Part shown: positions 1 to 14,072 of the stretch, piece after piece
Numbering within the stretch: position 1 is the stretch's first letter
Layout: each line of letters opens with the position of its first letter
Assembly (NCBI GenBank): GCA_052327205.1
Contig: CM126223.1
Coordinates: 49,104,001 to 49,168,000 of the forward strand
From: Somniosus microcephalus
Taxonomy: Eukaryota
Length of the DNA: 64,000 bases
Reading direction: 5' to 3'
The notes under the pieces: model-generated
What the model was told of the DNA's origin: nothing
What the model saw: the letters and a program-made list of their open reading frames with translations, nothing else
The model's database searches: none
Position numbers and translations under genes: made by a program

Positions 1-3000
1 ATTAGACCATTGGGGGAACTCAAACCTTTTTAAAGGCAAAGAATTAGGAAACGTAAACAATGGTATGGTAGTGACACGCACTGCCTCCTCTCTGTCCCAT
101 TGCTTCACAGTTGGTAAAGTGAGTGGCACAGCAGGTGCCCCATCAACCCTCTTTACCCCCCCCCCCCTTTCCTCCCCCATTCTCAGCAAGAAGCTTTCAT
201 CAGAACAGCAGGTAAATGGCTTCACAAGTAGCACTTTAGGGAGCATCTCAAAAATTCTTAGTATATCATATTGGACAGTGATCTCTTTACATAAACCATA
301 AATATATGAACAATAGCAACCACAGTGTAGATTCTCTTTGATCTGGACCACGCTGGAGGCAGTCCATTGCCTCAGATAATGGAAATTAATCCAATTAATC
401 AGCCAATCCATTGCACAACATGCACCATTGAGAAATCTGAAAATAGAGAACTTCCATTTAAACTGGAAGTACTGTGTGTTTCTTGCAACTGTATTTAAAT
501 TTGTTCTGTATTCCTCTCCAGCTTAATTGTAGAGACTGACTGAAGAGATTTCAGTCATGGAGAGATGAAAAAAGCTGTAATTTTTCAGATGCTCAAAGCA
601 AATTGTAGATGTGTCGTTGTATTCGACCACCGGCTGGAAAACCAATTTGAGGGCATCCTAGGAAAGGCTACGATGGCAGCGTGCTGTTTGCACAATGCGG
701 GTTCCAGACCTGTGGCCCTGATTCGGCTCCATATTCCATTCCCATTCCTCCACATGGTGAATATGAAATCTGTACTCCATTTCCTTTCGTGCACTGTCCG
801 AGAAATTGATTTTTGTTTCATTATTTCCATGTTTGCCCAGTGCACCAGTGAATTGTTGAGTTGCACCATCCAGTGCTGAGCAACCTATTTCAAATCAGCT
901 GCTATTAAGTATTATGTTATGAAAATGGAAAGCTGAGAACTACAAGCTCGAGGGGGAGAGAATTTCTGACTGGGATGTGCAGTATGCAATGAGACAATGA
1001 CTGATTTCACTTGATGTGAATCCTTCGAGAACTGTAGTGTTTCGTTTTCTTAAATGCTATTTTTATTTCTACAATTGTTTCTCATTGGTTTAATTTCCTG
1101 TCTGTTTGGGACTTTTATGTTCTCTGATGTCACCCCCACCCAAAGACTACTTTCGGTCTTTTTTTTCTGTTGCCAACAGCAGAATGTTGTTGTTACTCTG
1201 GTAACGTTTTCAAAATGTTTTAAGTTTTGGGCTGTGAAGATATATTAGGGTTGTGGTGTTTCTTTCAAAGAGCAGGGAGCTCTCTGGATTTCCACTGGAC
1301 AACATCCCTCCCTTAACCAACAACCACCAAAATCAGACTAACTGGCCGTTCATATCATTTGTTGCTTTTGGACAAAATTGGCTGCTGCGTTTGCCTACAT
1401 AACAATAGTGACTGCGCTTCACGAGTGCGTCTTGGTTGTAAAGAGCTTTGGGACACCCGGCGCAGATGTGCGCACTTAGACTGCAGGACGTTTCACATTG
1501 CTCATGCCCTATGATAGGCAGCCAGCTTGAAAACACAGCGGAATTGCTTGATGCCCCCCCCACTCACGGGACCCTGTCTTCAGAACCGAATTCAAAGGAC
1601 AAGTGATGTAGAAGCTCGAGCATTTGGATCGGAGAGATTTAATTCACCCCCTCCCCCACCGCCCCGGGCAATTTTTTCCCCCCCCCCCTTATTTCCTGAA
1701 GGTGTTGCCTCATTCCTGAGGTATGTTTCGACAAGTGTTGGGGGGGGCCTTCTGATACCTTGGCCTGGTAGCCATTATTCATACAAAATGGTGAGCGCTG
1801 GGAGGCTGTTTGACACTCGAGTTCAGCCCTGACCTCACCTGATGTCTTTCCAGCAAAGTTTATTGGATAACGATCAGCAGCAGGAACTCTGGCTGATTCC
1901 CCTTTCTCTTTTCTTCTCCACTGCACCCCACCAAATCCAAGGGCAATGAGGCTAATTTGGCAACCCTGCTGGTGCCTCCACTGAGATCAACTCTCTCACT
2001 ACAGACCAGGTCAGCACAATTTTGCCTGAAGCAACCAAAACTTAAACCATTCAGAACTGAAGTAACTCCTGGATGCGAATGATCTGCCCCAATGAAATGC
2101 CTTTTCGGCAAGGATTTGTATTGATATCAGCAGCTATGAAGGATTTAGTATCCCATTAGCAGTTCTTGACCCAAAATCTTAAGCTTCATCTGGAATTATT
2201 ACCTAGCATTGTAAGACTTCCATTTTTCTTAAATATGGTAACCAATCTTTTTTTCTACCACTGCATTTTTCAGAGCTCAAACATGGATCTTGCTTTGTTG
2301 GTTTTAGAATGCTGTGGCAGACTGTATCAACAAGACTTAAAGAATTGGGTGTCTATAGATGGGTATTGGGTTTCACTTTTCAATTAAAAAAAAAAAAAAT
2401 TCCATTATCAAATAAGGTCAATGGATTGTAAATTGGATACCTTTATTAACGACAGGATAAAAGGACATTGGGCTTGAGTTGGGCCCATCTATAAAGGCCA
2501 ATGTGCACTTCTAGATTTACAGGATGTCTGGATACATATTGTCTGCACTTACAGACAAAAGAAGCATCTTTTTCAGCACATCAATCCTTAAGATAGGCTT
2601 TAACATCAAATCGGAGTCGCTGATGCCCATTATATTTGGCACTGAAATGGTGCAATACAGGTATGTAAATAAAGATTACCTACCTTCATTATCATATGAC
2701 TATAGTTTGTCCTTCACAGACCCTGCTCCAACCCTCCTCTTGCTCTCGGAGTTGGAGTGTTTAGACAGTTTGTCAAAATTGAACCTTGTAACTATAAACC
2801 AGGTTAGCTTTGAAAAGAGCTTAAGACTGGTCTGTAAGCAACAGCTTTTCTGTGACTTGAGAATCATATGACTCCCTGATTGAGTATATGAAAGCCCTGG
2901 AGGGACAAAGTCCCAGAGCTTTTCTCTTCTCTTGCCCCCCTCCATATGCTCAAATTGTGAGGAAGACTATCCCATAAGTAGATAATCTTCATGCCATTTG

Positions 3001-3257
3001 AAAACTTAAAAGGCCTCCTCCTTATGATTGCAGAATTAATTTTCACATATAAGTGGGTGTGAAGAATCTTTTCTATTCCGTGGTCATTCTGATGCTTCGT
3101 TTGGAAGATTTCAGAGAGAGGGTCAACCTCGGGAATGGGCAGATTGTGCTTATTCCACTGATCTGCCCTGTCACCGACTGGCAAACTGTGCAGTTTGGCA
3201 ACACCGATGCACAAACCATGCAGCACCAGAACTGATCTTCACCACAAAAAACTTGAA

Positions 3258-3452
3258 TATAGGAACAGGAGGAGGCCATTCAGCTGATCTGTATCTTCAC
3301 TCCATTGACCCGCCTTGGTTCCATATCCCTTAACACCCTGCCTAACAAAAATCTATCTGCCTCAGTTTTGAAGTTTTTCGTTGACCCCTCGGCCTCAACA
3401 GCTTTTTGGGGGTGAGAGTTCCAGACGTCTGCTACCCTTTGTGTGAAGAAGA
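3258..3452 (-). mobile_element. CR1/HER1-type LINE 3' fragment
   Basis: Minus ORF FFTQRVADVWNSHPQKAVEA is the CR1 ORF2 C-terminal motif; 3' tail gctgaatggcctcctcctgttcctat. Confidence 0.85.
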
Positions 3453-6400
3453 AAAATACCAAATGTCGGGAGTGGGAATATGTTGAGAATGAACAGTGTA
3501 ATGTTTAAGCAGGTCGGCTTCTTTACATCTGTCATAAAAATTAAAATTATTGCAGCTCAAGTGTAGAATTCAGTGGGATCCAGCTTCCTTCAATCGCTCC
3601 TGCTTTGTTTTACATACAATTTGCATGTACACTTCATAATTTTCATGTCACACCAGTCACGTAAGTGTTTACAAGCTCCCCTTTCAAAGCAAAATAATCA
3701 CAGTGTTCTGCAAAACTGCAACAGCTTCCTTGTAAAAAAAAATAAAGCTGACCGGTTTAATGGTACATTTTATTGCGTGTGAATGTTTCTGAGGGAAGTA
3801 CATTGTGCTGGAGTTTAGTCCTGTTCCTGTTTCCTTCTCATTCTTTCTGAATCGTAGTGTTGCTGTGCACCTCCAGAACAGGCACCAATCCGATTCCTCG
3901 CTTCCCTCCCTCCCTCCCTTCCCCCACCTCCGGCAGAACTGTGCATGTTTTGTCTCTACAGTTCCACGAGGCAGTCTCTCTGATTTAAAAAATATTCTGA
4001 CCTAGTTACTTGGGTTGGCAGACGCTCTGCTTTGAGACACAGTCTGCTGTGCAAATAGTACCAGCAGTGCTTTACAAGGCCATTGATTGGCTCGCGCCCT
4101 CTGTTGGGTTCGGCCGGCCGTGGGAATGTTCCCAGCATCAGCACGGACAGTGAAGAAAAGATGCACTCTGCTCTCCTTACAACATTCAGACCTATTAACC
4201 GTTTCAGTGTGAGGATCAGACGACAACCTTGGTGCATTTTGAAGAGAGATACTCACTGCAATACATAGTAAAACAATTTTTTTTTTAAATCCTGTAAATC
4301 TCTCTCTCTTTAATCATTTCCCTGGGATCTCCTCATGTCCATCCCCTGCTATGGCATTCTTGGAGAAATGGGGCCAGTTAGCAAGTGTACTGATTTAAAA
4401 AAAATGTATATACTTTTTTATTTCAGTGCAAGCAATACTGCCGTCCTCAGAGTTATTGTGACATTTGAACTGATTTTGTCCTTATTATGTGTGCAGCATC
4501 CTTCCTGTGGACTGGCACACAGCTTTTAACCATGACAATGCCAGCCCTTTCAGCCCATTGTATTTACCACCATCAGTTTAAACTTCAGGGTGGTCATTTT
4601 TTTTTTAGAAATGCATTGTGTCTGCTTTTAAATGTTGCACGTCTCTAACTTTGCTCACACCTCTTTGAAACAAAGTGGATGATTTAAATGCCACAATCAC
4701 TGAACCAGGTGCGGCGCTTAATGGGACCGCTACAGCTCTTGCAACTGAATAATTAACAATCTAAAAAATGATCCTATAATCCTCAAATATTTGGCATTTC
4801 TGTAACTAACCTTTCAAAAATATTAATAGCAAAGTTCCTTAATACAGAGATTATTCAGCTTGTGGCAAATAGAATTTTAAAAAGTTAATCCTGTGAGAAT
4901 TTGTTAGATAATTGCGAATAGCACCATTGGAACATCAATCTTGATGTTTTAACACAGTAAGAGAAATGGATTCCCTCCGTTACTATGTCGGCCGCTTTCT
5001 TGCTCCCCTACCTCCTCCAAAACGGCTGCAGACACAACGAGACTTAATTTTGTATTAAATGTTTTTGGGGAAATGATTACCGAATGCAGGGGGTCCCGTT
5101 TGCCTCCAGCTTACCACCCGTCACTGTGCCATCCCCATAATGGGAACAGGGATGTGTAGCTTCAGTGTGTACAGTGCAAAAGAACCAGCTCACCGGAGCA
5201 GTGACGCCCAACTTCTAACTGAGCCCAGGTCATACGCTGCTATTAATATTTTTTAAAGGTTGGTTACAAAAATGCCAAATATTTGAGGATTATTTGTACC
5301 ACGACGTCACACTACAGCTCCTCCAATGCAACTGGGGGGGAATGGAACACCAAATGCACTTGTAACTGGCCATTCGTTGCCCCAGTTTGAGATCAGCTAC
5401 CTCCGCAGAGACTGGGAATTGAAGCTGGAACCTTCAGGTCCATACGGCCTTGGTACTACACCGTGCAGCCCATTTACCCACTCGGCATCAGAGGAGCTCA
5501 GCAGTTTGATTTTATCGATTCCCATTGACACACTAGCCTAAGTAATCCTTTATCGTTGCCAATATAGACATTATAAAGTCAGTGGGCAATCCGTATAATT
5601 GCAGTCCTGAGAGTTGGGTCAATTGGCTTGTTACTCTTCCTTCCACTCTTGAAGTTCTAGTTGCGACACTCCACATTTAAACCTACAGGGGCATCCTTGT
5701 GTTTGTCCATTCCAGCACACCAGCATTTCTGACTAACTGAGGTGGTTTTTAATTGCTTTTTCTGTTTCGCTTACCCAATCTAACACCTTTTTGTATTGGA
5801 TTTTGTATGAAGACCAGAGATTTTTAGATTGGCCTGATTACATTCGCTTTATATTGGGATGCCGTTTGTCCATTTTGCGAATAGTGAATAGTAGGAGGCC
5901 TTTCCTTTTCCTGGTGTGTTCAATTAATAGCGGATATTGGACAATCTGCTGATGGGTGTGAACAGTTCAGGTCAGTCTAACCTGCAGTCACCACCAATAC
6001 CTCTTTGCTGCTGTACATTATCCATCATCCATTTCAACTTTCAATTACAGCTTTTAAAATGTGTTTCTTTTCTCTTCTGTGAATGACGTGGAGTCGCTGC
6101 TGCAGGCTAGCAGTGAAATAACCGGGGAATAGAATCAGAGCTACAAATACTGAAAATCCTAAGTGAAAACACTGGAAGTAAGGCAGCTTTTAGCATCTGA
6201 AAAGGGAACCGATAGACTGACGTTTCAGGTAGAGGCCCTTCATCCTTCCAACAAAACCAGAACAGATTATCTGGCCATTTATCTCATTGCTGTTTGTGGG
6301 ATCTTGCTGTGTACAAAACCACAGTGACCGCACTTCAAAATAAAAAAAAGTTATTCACTGGTTGTTACAGCTTTTGGAAATTTCCAAGGATTCGAAAGGC

Positions 6401-7242
6401 ACTGTATCAATGCAAGTTCCTTCCTTCCTTCCTACCTTTCTTATTCTATTCCGTGGATTTAAAAGAAAATCACTGCCTCAAATCCCAAACCGTGCTGAAA
6501 GTTAGATTGCCAAAGCACCACTTGAAGAAATGCAGTGACCAACCTATAACCGTGGCCCATGAAATGGAGGCAACATCGAGTCTTGTTACTTGTGCACAAG
6601 CTGATGGAAACACATTTTAAAATGTCCCGTCTATGCTTGCAGTCGACCAGAAGGTGCTCTTTTGTCTTCACTGCATTTCTCTCAAATCTAAACTGACAGC
6701 GTTAAGAATTCAATTCTCGCCACCCCATAATGGGAGGAGCTGGAAGTGAAAGGGTTCGGAGTAAACCTTTTTGATCTCTTTTGTCGGGTTGTTGTGATCA
6801 TTTTCTGTCATTCCCAGGTCAGCGTTTCTCTCCAGAGGTGTAGGTGTTGAATTTAGACGCAGCTAATAGATTCTCCCGCCTTGAAATATGCAAAAGCTGA
6901 AGCACTAAACCGGCTGGTGGCAGGTGGCGACAACACAACTCCACATCGCGCGTAACCCTTTCCTTCGTTTTCTTTCTCTCGATGCTAACTTTTGACCTGT
7001 TTCTTTTTCTCCCCTTCTGTGCATGTAGGGCCCAAACCCCCGCCTGCTCAGAGCTACAACGGGCTTCCTGCTTTTCCACTACGATTTGTTGATCACTGCT
7101 TTGCTAAAAGGTCAATTGTTGCTCGTGAGTCAGAGTGGGTGAGGTGCACTGAAATGTGCATTGCTGCAGTATGTCAAAACCCCCACATTATTTTCTTGCC
7201 GTCAGACTATAGAAACAGATGATCTGCAGTAGCTCACACAAA

Positions 7243-7500
7243 AGAACATAAGATTTAGGAGCAGGAGTAGACCATACGGCCCCTCGAGCCTGCTCCGCCA
7301 TTCAATAAGACTGACCTTCAACCTCAACTCCACTTTCCTGCCCAATCCCCATATCCGATTCCCCTGGAGTCCAAAAATCTATCGATCTGTCTTAAATATA
7401 CTCAATGACTCAGCATCCACGCCCCTCTGGGGTAGAGAATTCCAAAGATTCGCAACCCTCTGAGTGAAGAAATTTCTCCTCCGCTCAGTCCTAAATGGCT
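7243..7500 (-). mobile_element. CR1-type LINE 3' fragment
   Basis: RRNFFTQRVANLWNSLPQRGVDAESL on the minus strand plus typical 3' tail. Confidence 0.85.
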
Positions 7501-10500
7501 GACACAGCGGTGGTGCTGAATGTTTTATGCCATCCATTTGTACATTGTTTGTGCACTCTGTCGTAGTGCAAGTAACGTGAAACGTTTGTGCCGATGGTGG
7601 ACAGAGAGGGATCCGAGCACTCCTTTTGCTCCTGGAATCTGGGCTTGAATCCAACCACCTGCTAGTTTCAAGGGTGCCTTTGTAAAATGAGTTTGGGAAT
7701 TCTCAATCCCGTAATTCAGCACAAAATGCTGTTGAGTCGCCAGTCCTGCTCCAAGGCACCCTGAATGTGGAGTGTGGAAATCCCACTGCCGCACCATAGG
7801 AGATGCCCTGCAGAGGCTGAAACTTAGACTCTGCTGGGGCAGCATGGAGGGAGTTTTACTCTGCACCTATCTGTACTGGAGACCTTGATGCTCACACACA
7901 ATGCATAATAAAATTGGAAAAGTGTTTCAATCTCGGTGAGATCACCCATTGCCTTGGTGACACAATGCAGAGATACCCCATCCCAACAGAAAATACTAAT
8001 TACAATCTGTGGCAAACCATAGGAACTGTTTCAGGAGTGACATAATGGCCCTCGAGTACAAACAACTGCACTCCTCCTGAAATGCATTGAATTTTCATGG
8101 GAATCAGTGCAAAATTGAATGTGCCCTTCATGCCGAGCACCTCCTTAACCATAAGGGGCAAATGTTTATTCTGCTCATGTCGCATGTAATGGTTTAATTC
8201 TGGGTTAATTGTAGGAGCTGTTGGAAGGCTTACTCATTGTATTTTCAGAGTAGGACGCATTTGTTCAAACAACTTGATAAATATTGATGTTTGATAATAG
8301 CTCGCTTGTGGTATTGTGTTAAACAAATGGGCTGTGATAGCTCAGCACCTTGGAGCCCCACCACAAAAGTGACTTTGTTGGGGAGGAAGTTAATTAAAAT
8401 CAGATTCTTGGAGAGCTTACTATAGAGGCACACCTGAAGGCTCAGTGGGTGCCAGGCCGCACTGACCAGGAAAGGCCCATGATTGATTCCCTGGTCTGCT
8501 GAGTCACCTGATCTCCATGCCTTTGGGTGAAGGAGGTGATCGTCACACAGGCTTCCTGCTCCTGATCACTAGCCAGTGGACCTTGCTGGAAGTGTCCACA
8601 TTGGCTGCAGAATGGTGCCAACGTTCACTGTGCAGATTCACAAGTGAACAATCACGACCTGATTATGGTACCAGAGGGTGCCGAGTGTTAGAGTCCATAA
8701 CCTGTTGGTGGGGACTTTGAGGAAAAACTTTATAGAATTTTTTAAGAACCCAAATTTTTCTATTTTCAGTCATTAAATGACCTAAAAACGACATGACGAT
8801 AATTGGAACGGGCTTGCATTTACCTGCACAACAAGGGTAATTTGGGTCTTTGTGAGGCCGTGAGGAGAATGTTTTTGTGTGTGACAATATTTGTGTTGTG
8901 TCCTAAAGGGAATCCATTTTACAAACTATACAGATGTGCAGTGAATGACCTTTTAATTTCCAGATGTGCAGTGGACTGGGAGATATTAACTGTTTTGTAG
9001 TCCTCCCTTGGCCTTGTAGGTTATGTTTTAAAATTGCTGGTCCTAATAAATTGTGTCAATTCTTCATTGTGTCATGATCTAGTTGCATTCCAGTGAAAAC
9101 TATTTCATTCCTGTCGGCTCCAGACACACTTTTTTATCACATGCATTTCCCTTGTAATACTGTGGTAAACAGCAGCATTCCTGTTGCAGTGTCCAATCAT
9201 TACTCTGCGTATTTCTACAATCCAAAACAAAATCATCCTATTCATCAATGCAGAATGTCAAGTGGTGTGAAGCTTGAGAATAGTGTGGACAAAACTAACT
9301 GGACCGACTTCAGTGTACCTGGAATTGGCCTTGGTCTCGCAGTGCTCCAGGCTCAATACTGAGGAACGCTCCACAAAAAAAACATTTTCAATTTAAAAAA
9401 AAAAGAAAGAAAGAAACCCCCCCCCCCCCCTCCCCATGCAGTGTAGCCTAAAATGACAGCTGCCATGGAGTGAGTTGAAATGCTGTAACCTCCTCTGGCG
9501 TTACTTGTGATGCCTGTAAACCCCACCAGCTTCACCCTTATATCTTATGGCCACATCGGAAACTCTGAATCATGTCACCCGCTGCCAGCTACCCATTATT
9601 CTATGTGAAATGTTTATACGGCACACATTGGAATGTGCACATTTTGCAGTGCCTATCCATGCCTGTTGTGACATTTTCTTTTGTGCACTCGTTATTTTTC
9701 CATCAGTCATGCTGCTCACATGCAACCATGCTGCTCACATGCAGTCAGCTCTCCTTGACTTGCTGACTGGTTGTCGCAGGGGAGAGGAAGGAAAGGTATC
9801 TTCTAACGCAGGGGTGAATTGCAGCTCAGGAGGCTGCAATGGTTTGCAATGTTCCTCATGGTTTGAGGGTCGTGCACATCACTTCTTCTGATCAAATCTC
9901 TCCTGTGTAATCTGTGACCTTAAAGGAGACGGCTCCCCTTTGACAGTGAAATAACATGATGTGGTACAACACTCGTGACCTTCTAACATCCGTGGCCTAA
10001 CTGTGAACAACACCACGGGAGATCTGCTAGTTTATGAAATCAATGTTCCATGCATCCTTAAAGGATGTTTTGGGTCAATTGGATTCTGATATTGCTGCTG
10101 CCTTCATTACTATGCAGAAACATTTTGTCTAGAATGCATCTGACTTATCTCAAGTTCGTTATAAAAAGACACTGGCAGAGGCACAGACAAGATGGGTCAA
10201 ATGGCCGCCTCCTGTGCTGTAAATTTCTATGACTCTATTTATACAGCAATGAGAATAGAACTGAAACCCTTACTTTATTCTATCACAGTTCCCAGTGACC
10301 ATACGGCTAGTGAATTGTTTCCAGATTTGGAAAGGCTTCTTTTATTTCCCAAAAACTAAAACTGCAGTCAGACTCTCATGTCAGGGAAGAGGGTGCAGCA
10401 TTTTATTGACCTACTGGAATCAAAAGTTTCTAATGTGACAACAGAAACAGGCTCCTGTTTCCTGCACGATTGTATTTACCGTGAGCCATTCACAAAAGCA

Positions 10501-11054
10501 ATAATAGAGCTGGCCCGAGTTGTTTATTCAGTTCCCTGGCTTAGAAACCCAAGGAAGTGTTTGTGTAATATGACCCTGGATTAGAAGATCTGGATTGAAA
10601 TACAAAATGTTTAATCAGTTGGTGGAGGGAACCGAGAGAATATTTTGCAGGGCACTAAGTGGTAAGACATGTACAATCACTTCTTGTTTGTAATGACTCA
10701 ATTGTAGATTGCTTTACAGTTTCCTTGTGCTAAGTGACACATCCCAAACTGGGAGCTTGCACAAGAGGATGGAAAACAGTGAACCTACAGTTCCTGCAGT
10801 GAGAGTTCGGAATAAACAGTGACTCTTGCTGTAACATTTCAATGTACCACAGACTTCTTATTTGATCCCTCAAAGTACAGAACATCCCCACGGCCTGCGC
10901 AATCGAGTGGCAAGGCACAGTGCTTGCCTGCAATCTTTCCATGTGGTTAGTTTCCCAATCTCAACTGGGCTGGCTTGGAGAGGCAGCTCCTCTGCCACCC
11001 GTCTCCATGTAGGAGGGAGGGAACATTCAAGAGCCGATCCATGCTGCTGTCACT

Positions 11055-11069
11055 TGCCACCTAGTGGCC
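11055..11069 (-). promoter_or_regulatory. Candidate CTCF site
   Basis: Minus strand GGCCACTAGGTGGCA closely matches the CTCF core consensus; motif only. Confidence 0.4.
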
Positions 11070-11222
11070 CCCATTAATTGGGGGGGGGGGGGGGTAGAGG
11101 GCAGGTGTCTGGTAACCTCTCGACCATAGGGACCAAGCAGGAAATGTTTAATTCAGTTTTTTGTTTCAATTTTTTAAATAACTTTTTATTCTAACTAGTT
11201 TAATGTGGTTCACATCGTAACG

Positions 11223-11523
11223 TTACATAGGAACAGGAGGAGGCCATTCAGCCACTCGAGCCTGTTCTGCCATTCAGTTCGATCATGGCTGATCTGTATC
11301 TTCACTCCATTTACCCGCCTTGGTTCCGGAACCCTTAATACCCTTTGCCTAACAAAAATCTATCCACCTCAGTGTTAAAATTTTCAATTGATCTCCAGTC
11401 TCCACAGCTTTTTGGGGGAGAGTGTTCCAGATTTCCACCACCCTTTGTGTGAACAAGTGCATTCTGACATCACCCCTGAGCGGCCTAGCTCTAATTTTAA
11501 GGTTATGCCCCTTTGTTCTGGAC
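11223..11523 (-). mobile_element. CR1-type LINE 3' fragment
   Basis: RTKGHNLKIRARPLRGDVRMHLFTQRVVEIWNTLP on the minus strand. Confidence 0.85.
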
Positions 11524-11712
11524 AGTGATTGCTGGTTTAGGGAGGTGAAAAGATCACCAAGGGGTTCCTCTTCCTGATTGGACACTCAAAAACCTTTGCC
11601 GGAAGTGTGCATGGGAGGACGGTATTGGGCTCAGCCCCACTGCCAGTGCCTGCGAACCCACACCATTGGGGCTCACCACTCAAAGGTAATGACTAATGCC
11701 CATGGTACTGTG

Positions 11713-12120
11713 CTCCATCTGCCACCTTAAACATTCACTCCCTCCACCACCGGCGCACTGTCTGCAGTGTGTACCATCTACAAGATGCACTGCAGCAACT
11801 CTCCAAGGCTTCTTCAGCAGCACCTCCCAAACCCACGACCTCCACTACCTAGTAAGACGAGGGCAGCAGGTGCATGGGAACACCACCACCTCCAAGTTCC
11901 CCTCCAAGTCGCACACCATCCTGACTTGGAAATATATCGCCGATCCGTCATCGTCGCTGGGTCAAAATCCTGGAACTCCCTCCCTAACAGCACTGTGGGA
12001 GTACCTTCACCACACGGACTGCAGCGGTTCAAAAAGGCGGCTCACCACCACCTTCTCGAGGGCAATTCGGGATGGACAATAAATGTCGACCTTGCCAGCG
12101 ACGCCCACAACCCGTTAATT
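11713..12120 (+). mobile_element. CR1-clade LINE 3' fragment (second family)
   Basis: CTIYKMHCSNSPRLLQQHLPNP...GSKSWNSLPNSTVG...FKKAAHHHLL, a LINE ORF2 C-terminus common in shark genomes. Confidence 0.8.
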
Positions 12121-13047
12121 ATTTTTTTTAAAAGCCAATGTCTAATGGAGAGAGCTGGAGGGGAGAAGTTTTCAGGGTGGAGGGGTAGAAGGAGGGGTTA
12201 CGTGCACAAAAGACGCAGCTGTGTTTTCCAGATTATTTTTGTCAAACTACTTTTAGCTTCACACCACTTTGTGTTTGATCGCATATCACTGTGTTGTGTG
12301 TTATATACTCAAATTCTTATTTCTTGCTGGTAATTGGCTTTCGCCTCAAAGTGCAACCGATCCTCCAGTGTTAACAGGACACCCAGAAATTGAAAGCCAG
12401 CATTATCAAGTGTCCCTATCATTGAACTAGGGCGGTTGCTACAAGCACAGACACAGAGTTTCTTGTCTTCAGTCAGGGAGTTTCTAGGAAAGCAGACCTG
12501 CCCTCCAACTCTTGGATATTATTTGGTGTTTGCCCAGCACAAAATAAAAAGAAAACACCATCCAAAAAACTTTCAGGTTGCCCCTCATTTCAAAGCAGAT
12601 AACCTTTTGGGAACTGGAAGCCCTTTGCAGCTGTCAAATGTTTCTCACTTTATGCATAGTGATGTAAAACTGATTTTATAGGCTTTCTACTTCGGTATTC
12701 GGAAGTGGCCGTACGAAAGTGTATAAATCACGCACCCCACACCCCAGGACACTTAATTCTTGATATTACTGGAATATCGACTCGCTCGTGGAATCTCCAG
12801 CGGACTTAACTTCAGGTATGGCGAACAAAGAATAAATCGTGCTTCCTGTGCGGGGGAAAGGAGAAGTATTTGGCTGCCAAAGTGCTATTGCAGTTCTCAA
12901 AGGGTTAAATCACTTCGAGCACCCATAGAAAAATATGAATTGATTTACTTAATGTCTCTGGGAGTTGGCTTTCTCGTGCTTTGTTCTGATAATTGCTCTG
13001 ACTGAATGTGCTGTCCCACCTCCTTCCCCCCTACTCCTGCTGCATAG

Positions 13048-13138
13048 ACTACCTCTGGAGATCATGACCGTCGTCTGTCAGTGTGAGGATATAGAAACCA
13101 TTGAGGGGGTCCCTGTATATGTTACAGGGGTTGCACAG
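13048..13138 (+). CDS. FLOT2: Flotillin-2 alternative exon 3A (mutually exclusive with 3B), 91 nt, phase 2 to 0
   Basis: Acceptor ctgcatAG|, donor CAG|GTaact. Translates (R)LPLEIMTVVCQCEDIETIEGVPVYVTGVAQ, a clear paralogue of exon 3B with identical length and phase. Confidence 0.9.
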
Positions 13139-14072
13139 GTAACTTGTTCGTAACCTTGCTCTATTTTCTTGTCTTGTTTTTTTTCCCCCTCTCCCTCTTT
13201 GCCCCACAGCCCCAACCCTTTCCCCTCCCCCAGCAGCAACTGAATGTTGACCTCTACTGCAGCACCTTCACCGCTTTACACCCCCAGCATCACGGCCAAG
13301 TGGCATGGCCTGTAGCACTAGGTATCGCACAGAAAGGGAGCGGATTAAACCAAACTAAGAGGGGAGGGGGAAGAAAGAGGTGGGAAGGAATAGGCGGATT
13401 CAAATTCTAGCGCAAAAATTCTGAAGACCGACCAAAATGGGTGTAAGTTGAGTGTGTTCATTCCCCTGCCGCCCCCACGTCTGAAGGACAGGAATGCCTG
13501 GTGCCCTTCTGAACAAACTCTTCTTCTGGGAATTGATTACAGGTTGAACTTCTCAAACGGACAGTCCCAGACTTCACCAGAATTTATAAAGTCTTCCAAT
13601 TATGAAATGCATCTACTGCAATGACGACAAACAGAACTCCATTCTGACAAAAAGTTGCAATCTTCCCCACCAGATTTTGGGGATTGACTTGGTGTTATGA
13701 ATTATTGAGTGTCCTGAAGTATAAGCCACATTGTATGTTCATTAAAATGGCTCGTTTCTCTGTGAAAAGTCGTGTGTAATACTTCATTGCATAAAATGGT
13801 TGCTGCAGCAACTTCATCAGAAGGAGTTCTAACTAAATGGACTCACCTACACTGTGAAGATCTCAAGGGGTGCCTCTCGAGCCCCATGCAATAATTTTAC
13901 TTTTGATAATCAGTTATTTTATTTAGCTGGGCTTTTTTTTTTCCTGAGCATTGTATGGTACCTCTGGTTGGGGTTCAAAGGTGAGAGGTGAAAGGATTGG
14001 AAGAAAAAAGGAAGTGGGGCTTGAGGCCTGTCATGTGACCTGGAATTTGCGAGTGTTTTACGTTTTTCACAG

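Noticed and set aside
11767-12333. Longest ORF in the track (188 aa) as a host gene
   Set aside because: It is the C-terminal part of a CR1-clade LINE ORF2 reading into flanking DNA.
1-13047. FLOT2 exons 1-2 (MGNCHT..., GGWAWAWW) or another gene
   Set aside because: No matching peptide seen. ORFs here are short and lack recognisable homology or are LINE-derived, so the region is treated as intron 2.
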